Shown here: one piece after another, positions 27,233-36,281 of the stretch
Layout: every line of letters begins with the position of its first letter
Position numbering within the stretch: position 1 is the first letter of the stretch
Assembly (NCBI GenBank): GCA_001801825.1
Contig: MGYR01000135.1
Coordinates: 1-36,281, forward strand
DNA: 36,281 nucleotides
DNA from: Gammaproteobacteria bacterium RIFCSPLOWO2_02_FULL_56_15
GTDB taxonomy: Bacteria > Pseudomonadota > Gammaproteobacteria > Eutrophobiales > Eutrophobiaceae
Direction of reading: 5' to 3'
The notes under the pieces: model-generated
What the model was told of the DNA's origin: nothing
The model's input: the letters and a program-made list of their open reading frames with translations, nothing else
Database searches by the model: none
Made by a program: the position numbers and the translations under genes

Positions 27233-30200
27233 AGTTAATTACCTCACTTAATCCCTTCCGCCTGCGAAGGTTCCATTCCTTGACCAGTGCATAGATGGCC
27301 GGAATCACGATCAGCGTCAGTGCGGTGGATGACACCATACCGCCCACCATGGGTGCGGCGATGCGCCTCATCACCTCGGAACCGGTACCACTGCCCCACA
27401 TGATGGGCAAGAGGCCGGCCATGATGGCCACCACGGTCATCATCTTAGGACGTACCCGCTCCACCGCGCCTTCCATCACCGCCGCATAAAGGTCGGCCAC
27501 GGCAAACGGCTTGCCCTCGGCATCCCGCTGCGCCTTGAGGGCCAGGTAAGCGTGATCAAGATAGATCAGCATGACGACGCCGGTTTCTGCCGCCACCCCG
27601 GCCAGCGCGATAAAACCGACCGCCACCGCCACGCTCATGTTGTAGCCCAGCCAGTGCATGAGCCAGACCCCGCCCACCAGCGAGAACGGCACCGACAGCA
27701 TAACGATCAGCGTCTCCGTCAAGCGGCGGAAATTAAGGTAAAGCAGCAAGAAGATGATCAGCAAGGTCAGCGGCACCACGAGCTTGAGGCGCTCCTTGGC
27801 ACGCTCCATGTACTCAAACTGGCCGCTCCAGGTGATGTAGTAGCCAGGCTGGAATTTGACCTGGTCGCGCACCGCCTGCTGTGCGTCCGCCACATAGTTG
27901 CCGATGTCGCGTCCGCGGATGTCGACGAAGATATAAGCCGACAGCAGCGCGTTCTCGGTACGGATGCTGGGTGGCCCTTTTTCCAGGGAGATATGCGCCA
28001 GTTGGCCGAGCGGGATCAGCATCCCGCCCATGGTCGGCACCAGCACCTGGCGAGCAATAGTGACCGGATCGGAGCGCAGCTCGCGCGGATAGCGCGTAAT
28101 CACGCCGAAACGCTCCCGACCCTCCACCGTAGTAGTGATCAATTCTCCGCCGAGTGCGCTGCCGATGACATCCTGCAAGTCACCGACCGCCAGCCCATAG
28201 CGTGCCAACGCCTGCCGATCAGGGTCGATGACGAGATAGTAGCCACCCGTGATGCGTTCGGCATAGGCGCTGGTGGTGCCCGGCACGGCCTTGACCACGG
28301 CCTCGATTTCCTTGGCGAGTTTTTCCATCTCCCCCAAATCGCGCCCGAACACCTTGATACCGATGGGCGTGCGGATACCGGTAGAAAGCATGTCGATGCG
28401 GGCCTTGATCGGCATGGTCCAGGCATTGCTCACGCCCGGGATTTGGACCGCCTGGTCCAGCTCCGCAATCAGCTTGTCAATGGTCATCTCGGGGCGCCAC
28501 TCTGCCTCGGGTTTGAGATTGATCACTGTCTCGAACATTTCCAACGGCGCCGGGTCGGTAGCCGTATTGGCACGACCGGCCTTGCCGAATACCGAGGTGA
28601 CTTCCGGAAAATTCTTGATGATCCGGTTCTGGGTCTGCATGATCTCGGCGGCCTTGGTCACGGAAAGCCCCGGCAAAGTGACCGGCATGTAGAGCAACGT
28701 GCCTTCGTTCAGCGTCGGCATGAACTCGCTGCCAAGCCGGTTCAGCGGGTACACAGTCACTCCCAGCACCACCAACGCTGCGAAGATAGTAAATTTTTTC
28801 CAGCGCATCACCCCGGCGATGATCGGCCGGTAGAGCCAGATCAGCAGCCGGTTTAACGGGTTCTTGCGTTCGGGCATTATCTTGCCGCGAATAAACAGTA
28901 GCATCAGCACTGGCACCAGTGTCACCGACAGAAACGCCGCACCCCCCATGGAAAAAGTCTTGGTGTAGGCCAGCGGCTGGAACAAACGGCCCTCCTGTGC
29001 TTCCAGCGTGAATACCGGCAGGAAGGAAACAGTGATGATCAACAAGCTAAAGAACAGCGCCGGCCCGACCTCGCGGCAGGCGTCGATCATCAACTGGACG
29101 CGCGGCGCGCCCGGTGGCGCCCGCTCGATATGCTTGTGCGCGTTTTCGATCATGACTATGGCGGCATCTACCATGGCGCCGATGGCAATGGCGATACCGC
29201 CCAGGCTCATGATGTTGGAATTGAGGCCCAGCCAACGCATCAGGATGAACGCGATCAACACACCCACCGGCAGCATCAGGATAGCCACCAGCGCACTGCG
29301 CACGTGCAGCAGGAACAGCACGCACACCAGCGCAACAACAACACTTTCCTCGATCAGCGTTGTTTTGAGATTTTCGATGGCGCGGTGGATCAGATCAGAG
29401 CGGTCGTACACCGTTTCCACCGTAACGCCATCCGGCAGGCCGGAGGCGATTTCGGCAAGCTTTTGCTTGATGTTGTGGATGACATCGAGCGCGTTCTGTC
29501 CGTAGCGCGCCATGGCGATGCCGGCCACCACTTCGCCTTCGCCATTAAGCTCAGTCAGCCCGCGCCGCTCGTCCGGCGCCAGCTCTACCCGCGCCACGTC
29601 GCGCAGCAATACTGGTGTGCCCTCGTCGGCCTTGACCACCAGGCTTTCCAGATCGCCAATACCACGCAGGTAACCCTTGCCCCGTACCATATATTCGGTC
29701 TCGGTCATTTCCACCACGCGCCCGCCAACATCGCGATTACTGTCGCGGATCACCTGCGTAATGCGGGCCGGCGAAACACCGTAGGCTTGCAGCTTGAGCG
29801 GGTCAAGCACCACCTGGTACTGCTTGACAAAACCTCCCACGCTGGCCACTTCGGCCACGCCGTGCGCCTTGCTCAATTGGTAGCGCAGATACCAGTCCTG
29901 GATTGCCCGCAGTTCTTCCAGCGTGCGATTTTTGGCCAGCACCACGTATTGATAGACCCAGCCGACACCGGTGGCATCAGGACCCAGGGTCGGCGTGATA
30001 CCACGCGGGAGGGTCCCACTGACGGAATTAAGGTATTCCAGGACGCGCGAGCGCGCCCAGTAGATATCGGTACCGTCTTCGAAAATGATGTAGACAAAGC
30101 TCGCACCGAAGAACGAAAAGCCGCGCACTACCTTGGACTTCGGCACCGACAGCATGGCCGAGGTGAGCGGGTAGGTGACCTGATCCTCCACCACCTGCGG

Positions 30201-30371
30201 CGCTTGCCCGGAGTACTCGGTATAGATGATGACTTGCACGTCTGACAGATCGGGTATGGCATCCACCGGCATCTTGTACACGGCATAGACGCCCGCACCA
30301 ACCACGAACAGGGTAGCCAGCAACACCAGAAACACATTGCGTACCGACCATTCAATGATGCGCTCCAGCAT
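27225..30371 (-). CDS. cusA: CusA/SilA family heavy-metal RND efflux permease
   Basis: DAIPDLSDVQVI, GPDATGVGWVYQY, AIGAMVDAAIVMIEN, EFMP.LNEG..LYMP, APLEMFET, RIDMLSTG, RVRPKMMT. 1048 aa. Confidence 0.95.
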   Translation of the reverse strand: MLERIIEWSVRNVFLVLLATLFVVGAGVYAVYKMPVDAIPDLSDVQVIIYTEYSGQAPQVVEDQVTYPLTSAMLSVPKSKVVRGFSFFGASFVYIIFEDGTDIYWARSRVLEYLNSVSGTLPRGITPTLGPDATGVGWVYQYVVLAKNRTLEELRAIQDWYLRYQLSKAHGVAEVASVGGFVKQYQVVLDPLKLQAYGVSPARITQVIRDSNRDVGGRVVEMTETEYMVRGKGYLRGIGDLESLVVKADEGTPVLLRDVARVELAPDERRGLTELNGEGEVVAGIAMARYGQNALDVIHNIKQKLAEIASGLPDGVTVETVYDRSDLIHRAIENLKTTLIEESVVVALVCVLFLLHVRSALVAILMLPVGVLIAFILMRWLGLNSNIMSLGGIAIAIGAMVDAAIVMIENAHKHIERAPPGAPRVQLMIDACREVGPALFFSLLIITVSFLPVFTLEAQEGRLFQPLAYTKTFSMGGAAFLSVTLVPVLMLLFIRGKIMPERKNPLNRLLIWLYRPIIAGVMRWKKFTIFAALVVLGVTVYPLNRLGSEFMPTLNEGTLLYMPVTLPGLSVTKAAEIMQTQNRIIKNFPEVTSVFGKAGRANTATDPAPLEMFETVINLKPEAEWRPEMTIDKLIAELDQAVQIPGVSNAWTMPIKARIDMLSTGIRTPIGIKVFGRDLGEMEKLAKEIEAVVKAVPGTTSAYAERITGGYYLVIDPDRQALARYGLAVGDLQDVIGSALGGELITTTVEGRERFGVITRYPRELRSDPVTIARQVLVPTMGGMLIPLGQLAHISLEKGPPSIRTENALLSAYIFVDIRGRDIGNYVADAQQAVRDQVKFQPGYYITWSGQFEYMERAKERLKLVVPLTLLIIFLLLYLNFRRLTETLIVMLSVPFSLVGGVWLMHWLGYNMSVAVAVGFIALAGVAAETGVVMLIYLDHAYLALKAQRDAEGKPFAVADLYAAVMEGAVERVRPKMMTVVAIMAGLLPIMWGSGTGSEVMRRIAAPMVGGMVSSTALTLIVIPAIYALVKEWNLRRRKGLSEVINYV

Positions 30372-30372
30372 G

Positions 30373-31854
30373 TCAGTGCCCCTCGTGGCCCGTATCCGTT
30401 ACCGGAGCAGCCATGTCGGGCACGGCGGGGTTGCCTGCGGCCTGATCTTCATGCTGGCCGAAACTGCTGAACGCCGCCGTAAGATTACTCTCTGCGTCGA
30501 TCAGGAAATTCGCCCGCACTACCACGTTCTCGCCCTCGCCCACTCCTTGCAGCACCTCGACATAACCATCGCTCCGCACTCCGATTTTTACCGCGCGCGG
30601 TTCGAACAGACCTGCGTCGAGTTGCACCAGCACTACCTGGCGCGTGCCGCTGTCGATCACGGCCGAATCCGGCACCGTCAGTACTGGGCTTTTGCCCCCT
30701 CCTGCCTCCAGTTGCAGGCTGGCATACATATCGGGCTTGAGCATGCCGCCAGGATTATCCAATTCCACCCTGACCGGCACGGTGCGGGTCACAGGCGAGA
30801 GCGTGGGATATATATAAGCGACCTCGCCGCTGAATTCCTTTCCGGGATAGGCATCGACACTGATTTTAACTTTGTCACCAATACTTACATAGCCAAGATC
30901 CTGCTCAAACACATCTGCGATTAGCCACAGCCGCGCAAGATCAGCGATCAGGTAAAGCGGATCTCCTGGCATAAAATGCATCCCCAGCACGGCAGTTTTT
31001 TCCAGCACCACACCGTTGGCGGGCGAATACAGGGTGATGGTGCTGGTTGCCTTACCCTCGCTCTGCAGTCCTTTCAGTTCACTATCAGAAATATCCCAGT
31101 TGCGCAGGCGCTGCAGCGCGCCTTCCGCCAGATGCTCCATCCCTGTCTGCGATTCCTCAGTACCGCTGTTCAGGGCTTGCTTGCCTTGCCAGGCGATCAG
31201 GTATTCCTCTTTTGCCGAAATCAGTTCCGGACTGTAGATCTGCATCAATGGCTGACCGCGTTGCACCGGCTGGTTGGTCGCGTTCACATAAAGATCCTCG
31301 ATGTGACCCTCGAACTTGGTGGTCACCGTATGCAGGAGTCGCTCATCCACCTGGAACTTGCCTACGGCGCGCACCGTCCTGGTCATTTTGCGCAACGTCG
31401 CAACCTCGGTCCTCACGCCCAGCTTCTGCACCTTGTCCAGGCTTATTTTCACCTGGCCGGACTGCGTCGACTCACCCTCGTAGACCGGGATGTAATCCAT
31501 ACCCATGCTGTCCTTTTTCGGCTCCGGTGATGTATCTGGTAAACCCATCGGATTGCGGTAGTACAACACCCTGCGCTGCGTGTTGCCCGAGGCAGGAGCG
31601 GTCGCACCCGGCAATTCGTCTGCATAGACCGGGATGTAGTCCATGCCCATGCTGTCCTTTTTCGGCTCGGTCGAGGTGTCGGAAAGGCCCATCGGGTTGC
31701 GGTAATAGAGGATTTTTCTCTCAGCAGGCACGAATGTATCTGCCGACTTTTCAGCCAAGGGCTGGCCTGCCTGCTTCATTCCCCACCAGTAGCCTCCTCC
31801 CGTCGCAACAACACCGAACAATGCCAGTGCAATCCAGATTCCTGGTCGATTCAT
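30373..31854 (-). CDS. cusB: CusB family periplasmic adaptor with two tandem Met-rich metal-binding repeats
   Basis: IYSPELISAKEEY, IYPTL...TRT, LKPDMYA, FLIDAESNL, and two copies of YYRNPMG..DTS.EPKKDSMGMDYIPVY. Confidence 0.9.
   Translation of the reverse strand: MNRPGIWIALALFGVVATGGGYWWGMKQAGQPLAEKSADTFVPAERKILYYRNPMGLSDTSTEPKKDSMGMDYIPVYADELPGATAPASGNTQRRVLYYRNPMGLPDTSPEPKKDSMGMDYIPVYEGESTQSGQVKISLDKVQKLGVRTEVATLRKMTRTVRAVGKFQVDERLLHTVTTKFEGHIEDLYVNATNQPVQRGQPLMQIYSPELISAKEEYLIAWQGKQALNSGTEESQTGMEHLAEGALQRLRNWDISDSELKGLQSEGKATSTITLYSPANGVVLEKTAVLGMHFMPGDPLYLIADLARLWLIADVFEQDLGYVSIGDKVKISVDAYPGKEFSGEVAYIYPTLSPVTRTVPVRVELDNPGGMLKPDMYASLQLEAGGGKSPVLTVPDSAVIDSGTRQVVLVQLDAGLFEPRAVKIGVRSDGYVEVLQGVGEGENVVVRANFLIDAESNLTAAFSSFGQHEDQAAGNPAVPDMAAPVTDTGHEGH
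31481..31707. repeat. Intragenic direct repeat in cusB: 83-bp copies at 31481-31563 and 31625-31707
   Basis: Near-identical copies offset by 144 bp, each encoding YYRNPMG...KKDSMGMDYIPVY. Confidence 0.85.
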
Positions 31855-33140
31855 AACTCTTCTCCAATCAGTTTTTCAATCTCTGCCAAGTGCATTTCCT
31901 GCTCTGCCTGCGCCCTGATCTGATCCTGTTTGGCATGCCAGATGGCACGCTGCGCTTCGAGCAGTGTAGTGAAATCCACCTTGCCGTTTTCATATCCCGC
32001 CAGAGCCGAGTGCAAGGTTAGATTGGCCTGTGTCAACAGGGTATTGGTGAGCAGATGTTCCTGATCCCTGGCCGCTTCGTAGGCTGCAATAAATTCCTGC
32101 AGTTCACCCATCACATTATTGACTATAGACTGCTGGCGCTCTCTGGCGGCAGCCAGCATGGCGCCTGCCTCCGCTTCCTGGGCGCTGCGGGAATCGAACC
32201 GGATCGGAATGTTGACCTCTACCATCGCTTCCCAACCGTCGATGCTGCTGCCGCGCTGGGTTGTCGCAATCCCAAAAGTCACGTCGGGATAGCGGTTTTT
32301 CTCTACCAGATTCCGGTTGGCCTCGGCCATTGTGATTTGCACATCCTGGGTTCGTAGCAACGGATTATTGCGCTGCGCCTTTTCCCGCAACAAATCCGCA
32401 TCGAATATTTCCGGAGACAGACGGCGCAGTATTTGAGGATCTGCCAGCGGTGCGTGCTGTGGCCGCCCGGTCATCGCATTCAGCCGTGCCCGGGCCTTCT
32501 TCTGCTCGGCTTCCAGCGTAATGATTTCAGAACGCAACAATGTTTTCTCGACCTGTGCCCGGATCACATCCTGTTGCGGCACCAGCCCGTTGGAATAACG
32601 CACCTGGGCGATGGTCTCAATTTCCTGCAACAGTGCCAGAATTTCTTCGTTGAGCTTTTGCAAGCTGTATGGTTGATAGAGCTGTGCATAGGCAATTTTT
32701 ATCTGGGAATGAATTTCGGCAAGCAAGGCCGCTCTACGAGACTTTGTCTCATCCAATCCCGCTGTCGCAATTACGGTGCGCAGATCACGTTTGCCCCAGA
32801 GCGGAAAATTCTGCATCAATGTGTACTTGGTTCCACCCACCTCGCTGGGCAGCACATTGAACCCGTTCGGTGCAGCCGGTCCGGCAAAATCCATCAACTC
32901 GATGCGCAGCATCGGATCAGGTAATGCACCTGCAGGCACGATACGGCTCTGTGCGGCCTCGATTTCAAAACGCATGACACTAAGTTCGGGATTATGCGCA
33001 TCGGCCCATTGCAGCAGTTCCCCCACTTCGATGCCGATAGGTGTTAAATCAGAGAATTCATCCGCTTTCACCGACCCTGATTGCTTTGCAAACACTAGTA
33101 GCAGATAGACTAGGATTAAAGTTTGTTTATTCGTTTTCAT
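31851..33140 (-). CDS. TolC/CusC family outer membrane efflux protein
   Basis: Signal peptide, AGALPDP, Q.FPLWGKRDLR, YENGKVDFTTLLEAQ. First gene of the CBA set. Confidence 0.9.
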   Translation of the reverse strand: MKTNKQTLILVYLLLVFAKQSGSVKADEFSDLTPIGIEVGELLQWADAHNPELSVMRFEIEAAQSRIVPAGALPDPMLRIELMDFAGPAAPNGFNVLPSEVGGTKYTLMQNFPLWGKRDLRTVIATAGLDETKSRRAALLAEIHSQIKIAYAQLYQPYSLQKLNEEILALLQEIETIAQVRYSNGLVPQQDVIRAQVEKTLLRSEIITLEAEQKKARARLNAMTGRPQHAPLADPQILRRLSPEIFDADLLREKAQRNNPLLRTQDVQITMAEANRNLVEKNRYPDVTFGIATTQRGSSIDGWEAMVEVNIPIRFDSRSAQEAEAGAMLAAARERQQSIVNNVMGELQEFIAAYEAARDQEHLLTNTLLTQANLTLHSALAGYENGKVDFTTLLEAQRAIWHAKQDQIRAQAEQEMHLAEIEKLIGEEL

Positions 33141-33198
33141 GATTTCACCTGATTATGTCGGCACATCCAGATGCTATGGATGCAGGAACATATTGACT

Positions 33199-33291
33199 TC
33201 AGTGCACTTCAAATATCCTTACATTGAGAAAAGAATCCGGGTCGTTCTCAAATTTTTCCTGGCAAGTTCGCGAACAAAACAATCTTTTCAT
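33199..33291 (-). pseudogene. YHS-domain remnant or 30-aa mini-ORF
   Basis: MKRLFCSRTCQEKFENDPDSFLNVRIFEVH matches the YHS C-terminal half (FCSxxCxxKFxxDPxxF/Y) but lacks the N-terminal DPVCGM. Confidence 0.6.
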
Positions 33292-33339
33292 ATTGCCTGG
33301 TCCAAAGATAATTTATCGGGATTGCTGAAGTCTGGACTC

Positions 33340-35922
33340 CTATAATGCCGCCCGCTTTAGTCTCAATGCATTGGCAACAACCGAGAGAGAACTGAAACTC
33401 ATGGCAACTGCGGCAATCATCGGTGACAACAGCATTCCGAATACCGGATAAAGTATACCGGCTGCGATCGGCACACCGAGAGCGTTGTAGATAAATGCAA
33501 AGAATAGGTTCTGCCGTATGTTTCTCATGGTGAGCCGGCTGAGTTTGCGCGCCCTGGCGATGCCGCGTAAATCACCCTTTACCAGTGTTATGCCCGCACT
33601 TTCCATGGCTATGTCCGTACCGGTACCCATCGCAATCCCGACCTCGGCCTGGGCCAGTGCAGGGGCATCATTTATCCCGTCACCCGCCATGGCTACGATG
33701 CGTCCTTCTGACTGTAACTTCCTGATCACTCCCACCTTTTGCTCCGGCAGAACTTCGGCCACCACCTCATCAATCTCCAGCAATTTTGCGACTGCCTCTG
33801 CCGTTTTCCGGTTGTCTCCGGTCAGCATGATTACTTTTATTCCTTCTGCATGCAGGGCTTTAATTGCCGCTGGTGTGGAGGATTTGATCGGATCCGCCAC
33901 ACTGATAATACCGGCGGGACGTTGATTGATTGAGACAAACATAACAGTATGTCCAGCTTGCCTCAGGCTATCAGCCTGGTCGCGTAAACAGTCAGAGCTT
34001 ATAGAAAGTTCCTCAAACAATTTTGCATTACCTACCGCCACATGATGCCCGTTAACCATCCCACTGACACCTTTACCGGTCAGTGACCGGAAATCGTTCA
34101 CCTCTGCGAGGTGTTTTTCCTTGTTTTCCATGCTGGCAACAATCGCCTCGGCAAGTGGATGCTCACTACCGCGTTCCAGACTTGCAACCAGCTGCATCAA
34201 TGTAACTTCATCAAATCCCGGTTCAACAAGCACACTCATTAATCGTGGCCTGCCTTCAGTCAGTGTTCCTGTTTTATCGACTACCAGTGTGTCTATTTTC
34301 CCAGTAACTTCGAGTGCCTCGGCATTCTTGATCAGAACTCCATGCACCGCTCCAAGTCCGGTACCTACCATGATCGACATGGGTGTCGCCAGCCCCAGTG
34401 CGCAGGGGCAGGCAATTATCAACACAGCGACCGCATTGATAGTTGCATATGCCAGACGGGGTTCCGGCCCCCAGACCCACCACAACAAAAAAGTAGCACA
34501 AGCTACAACAATTACAGCAGGCACAAAGTAGCCGGCAACCTTATCCACCAGTTTCTGGATCGGCGCCCTGCTGCGTTGTGCCTCAGCGACCAGGCGCACA
34601 ATTTGTGCCAGCAAAGTATCACTACCGACCCGCTGCGCCTCCATGACCAGGCTACCGGCGCCATTGATTGTTGCTCCAATCAGATTATCATCAACCTGTT
34701 TGCCAACCGGGATGGGTTCGCCGGTCATCATTGACTCATCGATGGAACTGCTGCCTTTGATCACAATACCATCTACTGGTATCTTTTCACCGGGACGTAT
34801 CCGGAGTCTGTCCCCTGGGCGGACTTTCTCGACTGGAATATCTTCTTCAACCCCATCATCCCGTATCTGCCGTGCCGTTTTCGGGGCCAGTCCCAGTAAC
34901 AATTTAATGGCAGCATTCGTCTGACTACGGGCCTTGATTTCCAGCACCTGTCCCAACAACACCAAAGCAGTGATGACTGCAGCCGCCTCAAAATAGACGG
35001 GGACGACACCCATTTCATTTCGCATAGATGCGGGGAAAATGCCCGGCAGTAACACCGCCACAAAACTATAGACCCAGGCTACACTTACACCCAGTCCGAT
35101 CAGCGTAAACATATTCAGGTTACGTGTTACGATGGACAACCATCCCCGCTGAAAAAATGGCCAGCCGCACCAGAAGACCACTGGCGTTGCAAGGAGAAAC
35201 TCAAACCACTGTCTTATCCGTGGGGAAATGATTTCGGCAATCATGTCCGGCCAAAACTCCGAACCCATGGCGCTGAATAATACCGGCAGTGCCAACGCCA
35301 GACTAACTCGCAGGCGGCGGGACATATCCATGAGCTCGGCATTGTCTTCTTCAACTTCCACCGTCCTGGCCTCTAGAGCCATACCGCACTTGGGACAACT
35401 TCCTGGGTGGTCCTGCAGTACTTCCGGATGCATCGGACAGGTGTACTCGGTCCTGGTGGCAACAGGGACCAAAGCCATGGATCCAAGGGCCATACCGCAT
35501 TTTGGACAGGAGCCTGGCCCCTGTTGCTGGACTTCAGGATCCATGGGACAAGTGTAAACGACAGATGCATCAACCTGCCCGGCATGAATATGACCCTGAT
35601 TATCGGGTTGTTGCTGGTGCAGAAAGGGATCGGGGTTACTGATAAACTTGCTGGAGCCATTCTTACAACAGGAACTGTGGTGCTTGTCTTCATGCTCAAC
35701 CGTATGCATGGAATTATCCATACTATCTATACTGCATACAGGGTCTTTGAGGATATTCTCAAAATATTGATGAGGTGATTTCTCGAATTCACTCAAGCAG
35801 CTGCGACAGCAGAAAAAATAATCTTGTCCCCGGTATGTTGAGTGAAATTTACTACTCTCTCCAACCGTCATACCGCATACAGGATCCTGAAACAGGATTT
35901 TTACTTTAGATGATTCTTCCAT
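33340..35922 (-). CDS. copA: Cu(I)/Ag(I)-translocating P1B-type ATPase with YHS and two heavy-metal-binding (YTCPMxP..CPKCGM) domains
   Basis: [31 protein letters not shown], plus TM motifs YN and MxxSS of the P1B-1 subtype. Confidence 0.93.
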   Translation of the reverse strand: MEESSKVKILFQDPVCGMTVGESSKFHSTYRGQDYFFCCRSCLSEFEKSPHQYFENILKDPVCSIDSMDNSMHTVEHEDKHHSSCCKNGSSKFISNPDPFLHQQQPDNQGHIHAGQVDASVVYTCPMDPEVQQQGPGSCPKCGMALGSMALVPVATRTEYTCPMHPEVLQDHPGSCPKCGMALEARTVEVEEDNAELMDMSRRLRVSLALALPVLFSAMGSEFWPDMIAEIISPRIRQWFEFLLATPVVFWCGWPFFQRGWLSIVTRNLNMFTLIGLGVSVAWVYSFVAVLLPGIFPASMRNEMGVVPVYFEAAAVITALVLLGQVLEIKARSQTNAAIKLLLGLAPKTARQIRDDGVEEDIPVEKVRPGDRLRIRPGEKIPVDGIVIKGSSSIDESMMTGEPIPVGKQVDDNLIGATINGAGSLVMEAQRVGSDTLLAQIVRLVAEAQRSRAPIQKLVDKVAGYFVPAVIVVACATFLLWWVWGPEPRLAYATINAVAVLIIACPCALGLATPMSIMVGTGLGAVHGVLIKNAEALEVTGKIDTLVVDKTGTLTEGRPRLMSVLVEPGFDEVTLMQLVASLERGSEHPLAEAIVASMENKEKHLAEVNDFRSLTGKGVSGMVNGHHVAVGNAKLFEELSISSDCLRDQADSLRQAGHTVMFVSINQRPAGIISVADPIKSSTPAAIKALHAEGIKVIMLTGDNRKTAEAVAKLLEIDEVVAEVLPEQKVGVIRKLQSEGRIVAMAGDGINDAPALAQAEVGIAMGTGTDIAMESAGITLVKGDLRGIARARKLSRLTMRNIRQNLFFAFIYNALGVPIAAGILYPVFGMLLSPMIAAVAMSFSSLSVVANALRLKRAAL

Positions 35923-36176
35923 GGCAATCAGGAACCCGGGTTAGAGTTAAATTTTCCTCAACTGGTAAATGCTGGTGATTCACCGGGCCATTTTCATGCT
36001 CACCGGATTCGCTATCTGGCACCTGTAAGTCTGTATCTTGATCATTAGCAACTGATGTCGGGTGATCATGTGATGTATGGTCATGATCTCCGGTTATACT
36101 CTGCGGGAATGACATGACACCAATACCATATAAAATGCACAAACATAGGATGCCAATAAGGTAAAATTAAAATCAT
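35906..36176 (-). pseudogene. Internally deleted, frameshifted paralog of the DUF2231-like gene
   Basis: AGGAG then MILILPYWHPMFVHF (36176-36132), joined out of frame to YGIGVMSFPQSITGDHDHTSHDHPTSV. Both halves align with the two ends of the 26564-27232 protein. Confidence 0.8.
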
Positions 36177-36181
36177 AAATA

Positions 36182-36265
36182 TCACTCCTGACCAGTCAGG
36201 GTCAGCGTCTGTAATATAATCAAGAGCCGGATGTGTATCGACCAGCGAATAACGAACTCCATCAT
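36182..36265 (-). pseudogene. cusA N-terminal remnant (27 codons)
   Basis: MMEFVIRWSIHIRLLIILQTLTLTGQE* resembles the CusA start (MLERIIEWSVRNVFLVLLATLFVVG) and sits directly before the DUF2231 remnant, as intact cusA does. Confidence 0.55.
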
Positions 36266-36281
36266 GATTCGGTTCCGGATG

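Noticed and set aside
27552..30245. 434-aa and 371-aa plus-strand ORFs
   Set aside because: Antisense to GC-rich cusA; stop-poor reverse frames are expected there.
1..36281. CRISPR arrays, rRNA, IS/transposase, integrase, riboswitches, defence systems
   Set aside because: No regularly spaced repeats or recognisable motifs found by eye. Short or divergent RNA elements could have been missed without a covariance search.

Overview
Bacterial chromosomal window, most consistent with a gammaproteobacterium (rpsU-yqeY-dnaG-rpoD-tRNA-Ile2 order, folB/plsY/tsaD cluster, xni). Left to right it carries a GldAFG-like ABC transporter, housekeeping enzymes, two PEP-CTERM surface proteins under a sigma54/enhancer-type promoter, uppP, a folate cluster (pteridine reductase, folK, folB), plsY, tsaD, the macromolecular synthesis operon, PilZ, ggt, xni, a broken dinB, pdxH, and a heavy-metal region (ZIP transporter, DUF2231-like protein, cusABC-like RND system, Cu(I)-type P1B ATPase). 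The standout feature is invisible to the ORF track: the tRNA-Ile(CAU) gene after rpoD is split by a 236-nt ORF-less group I intron. It can be folded by eye from P1 to P9, sits at the same position as the Azoarcus intron, and has an extra P7.1-like helix. Other hidden signals are an alphaproteobacterial-style LexA box in the dinB promoter, a ZIP gene whose only plausible start is ATA, and deletion-collapsed remnants of a second cusA-DUF2231 operon and of a YHS gene. All calls come from reading the sequence and recalled family motifs; no searches were run.
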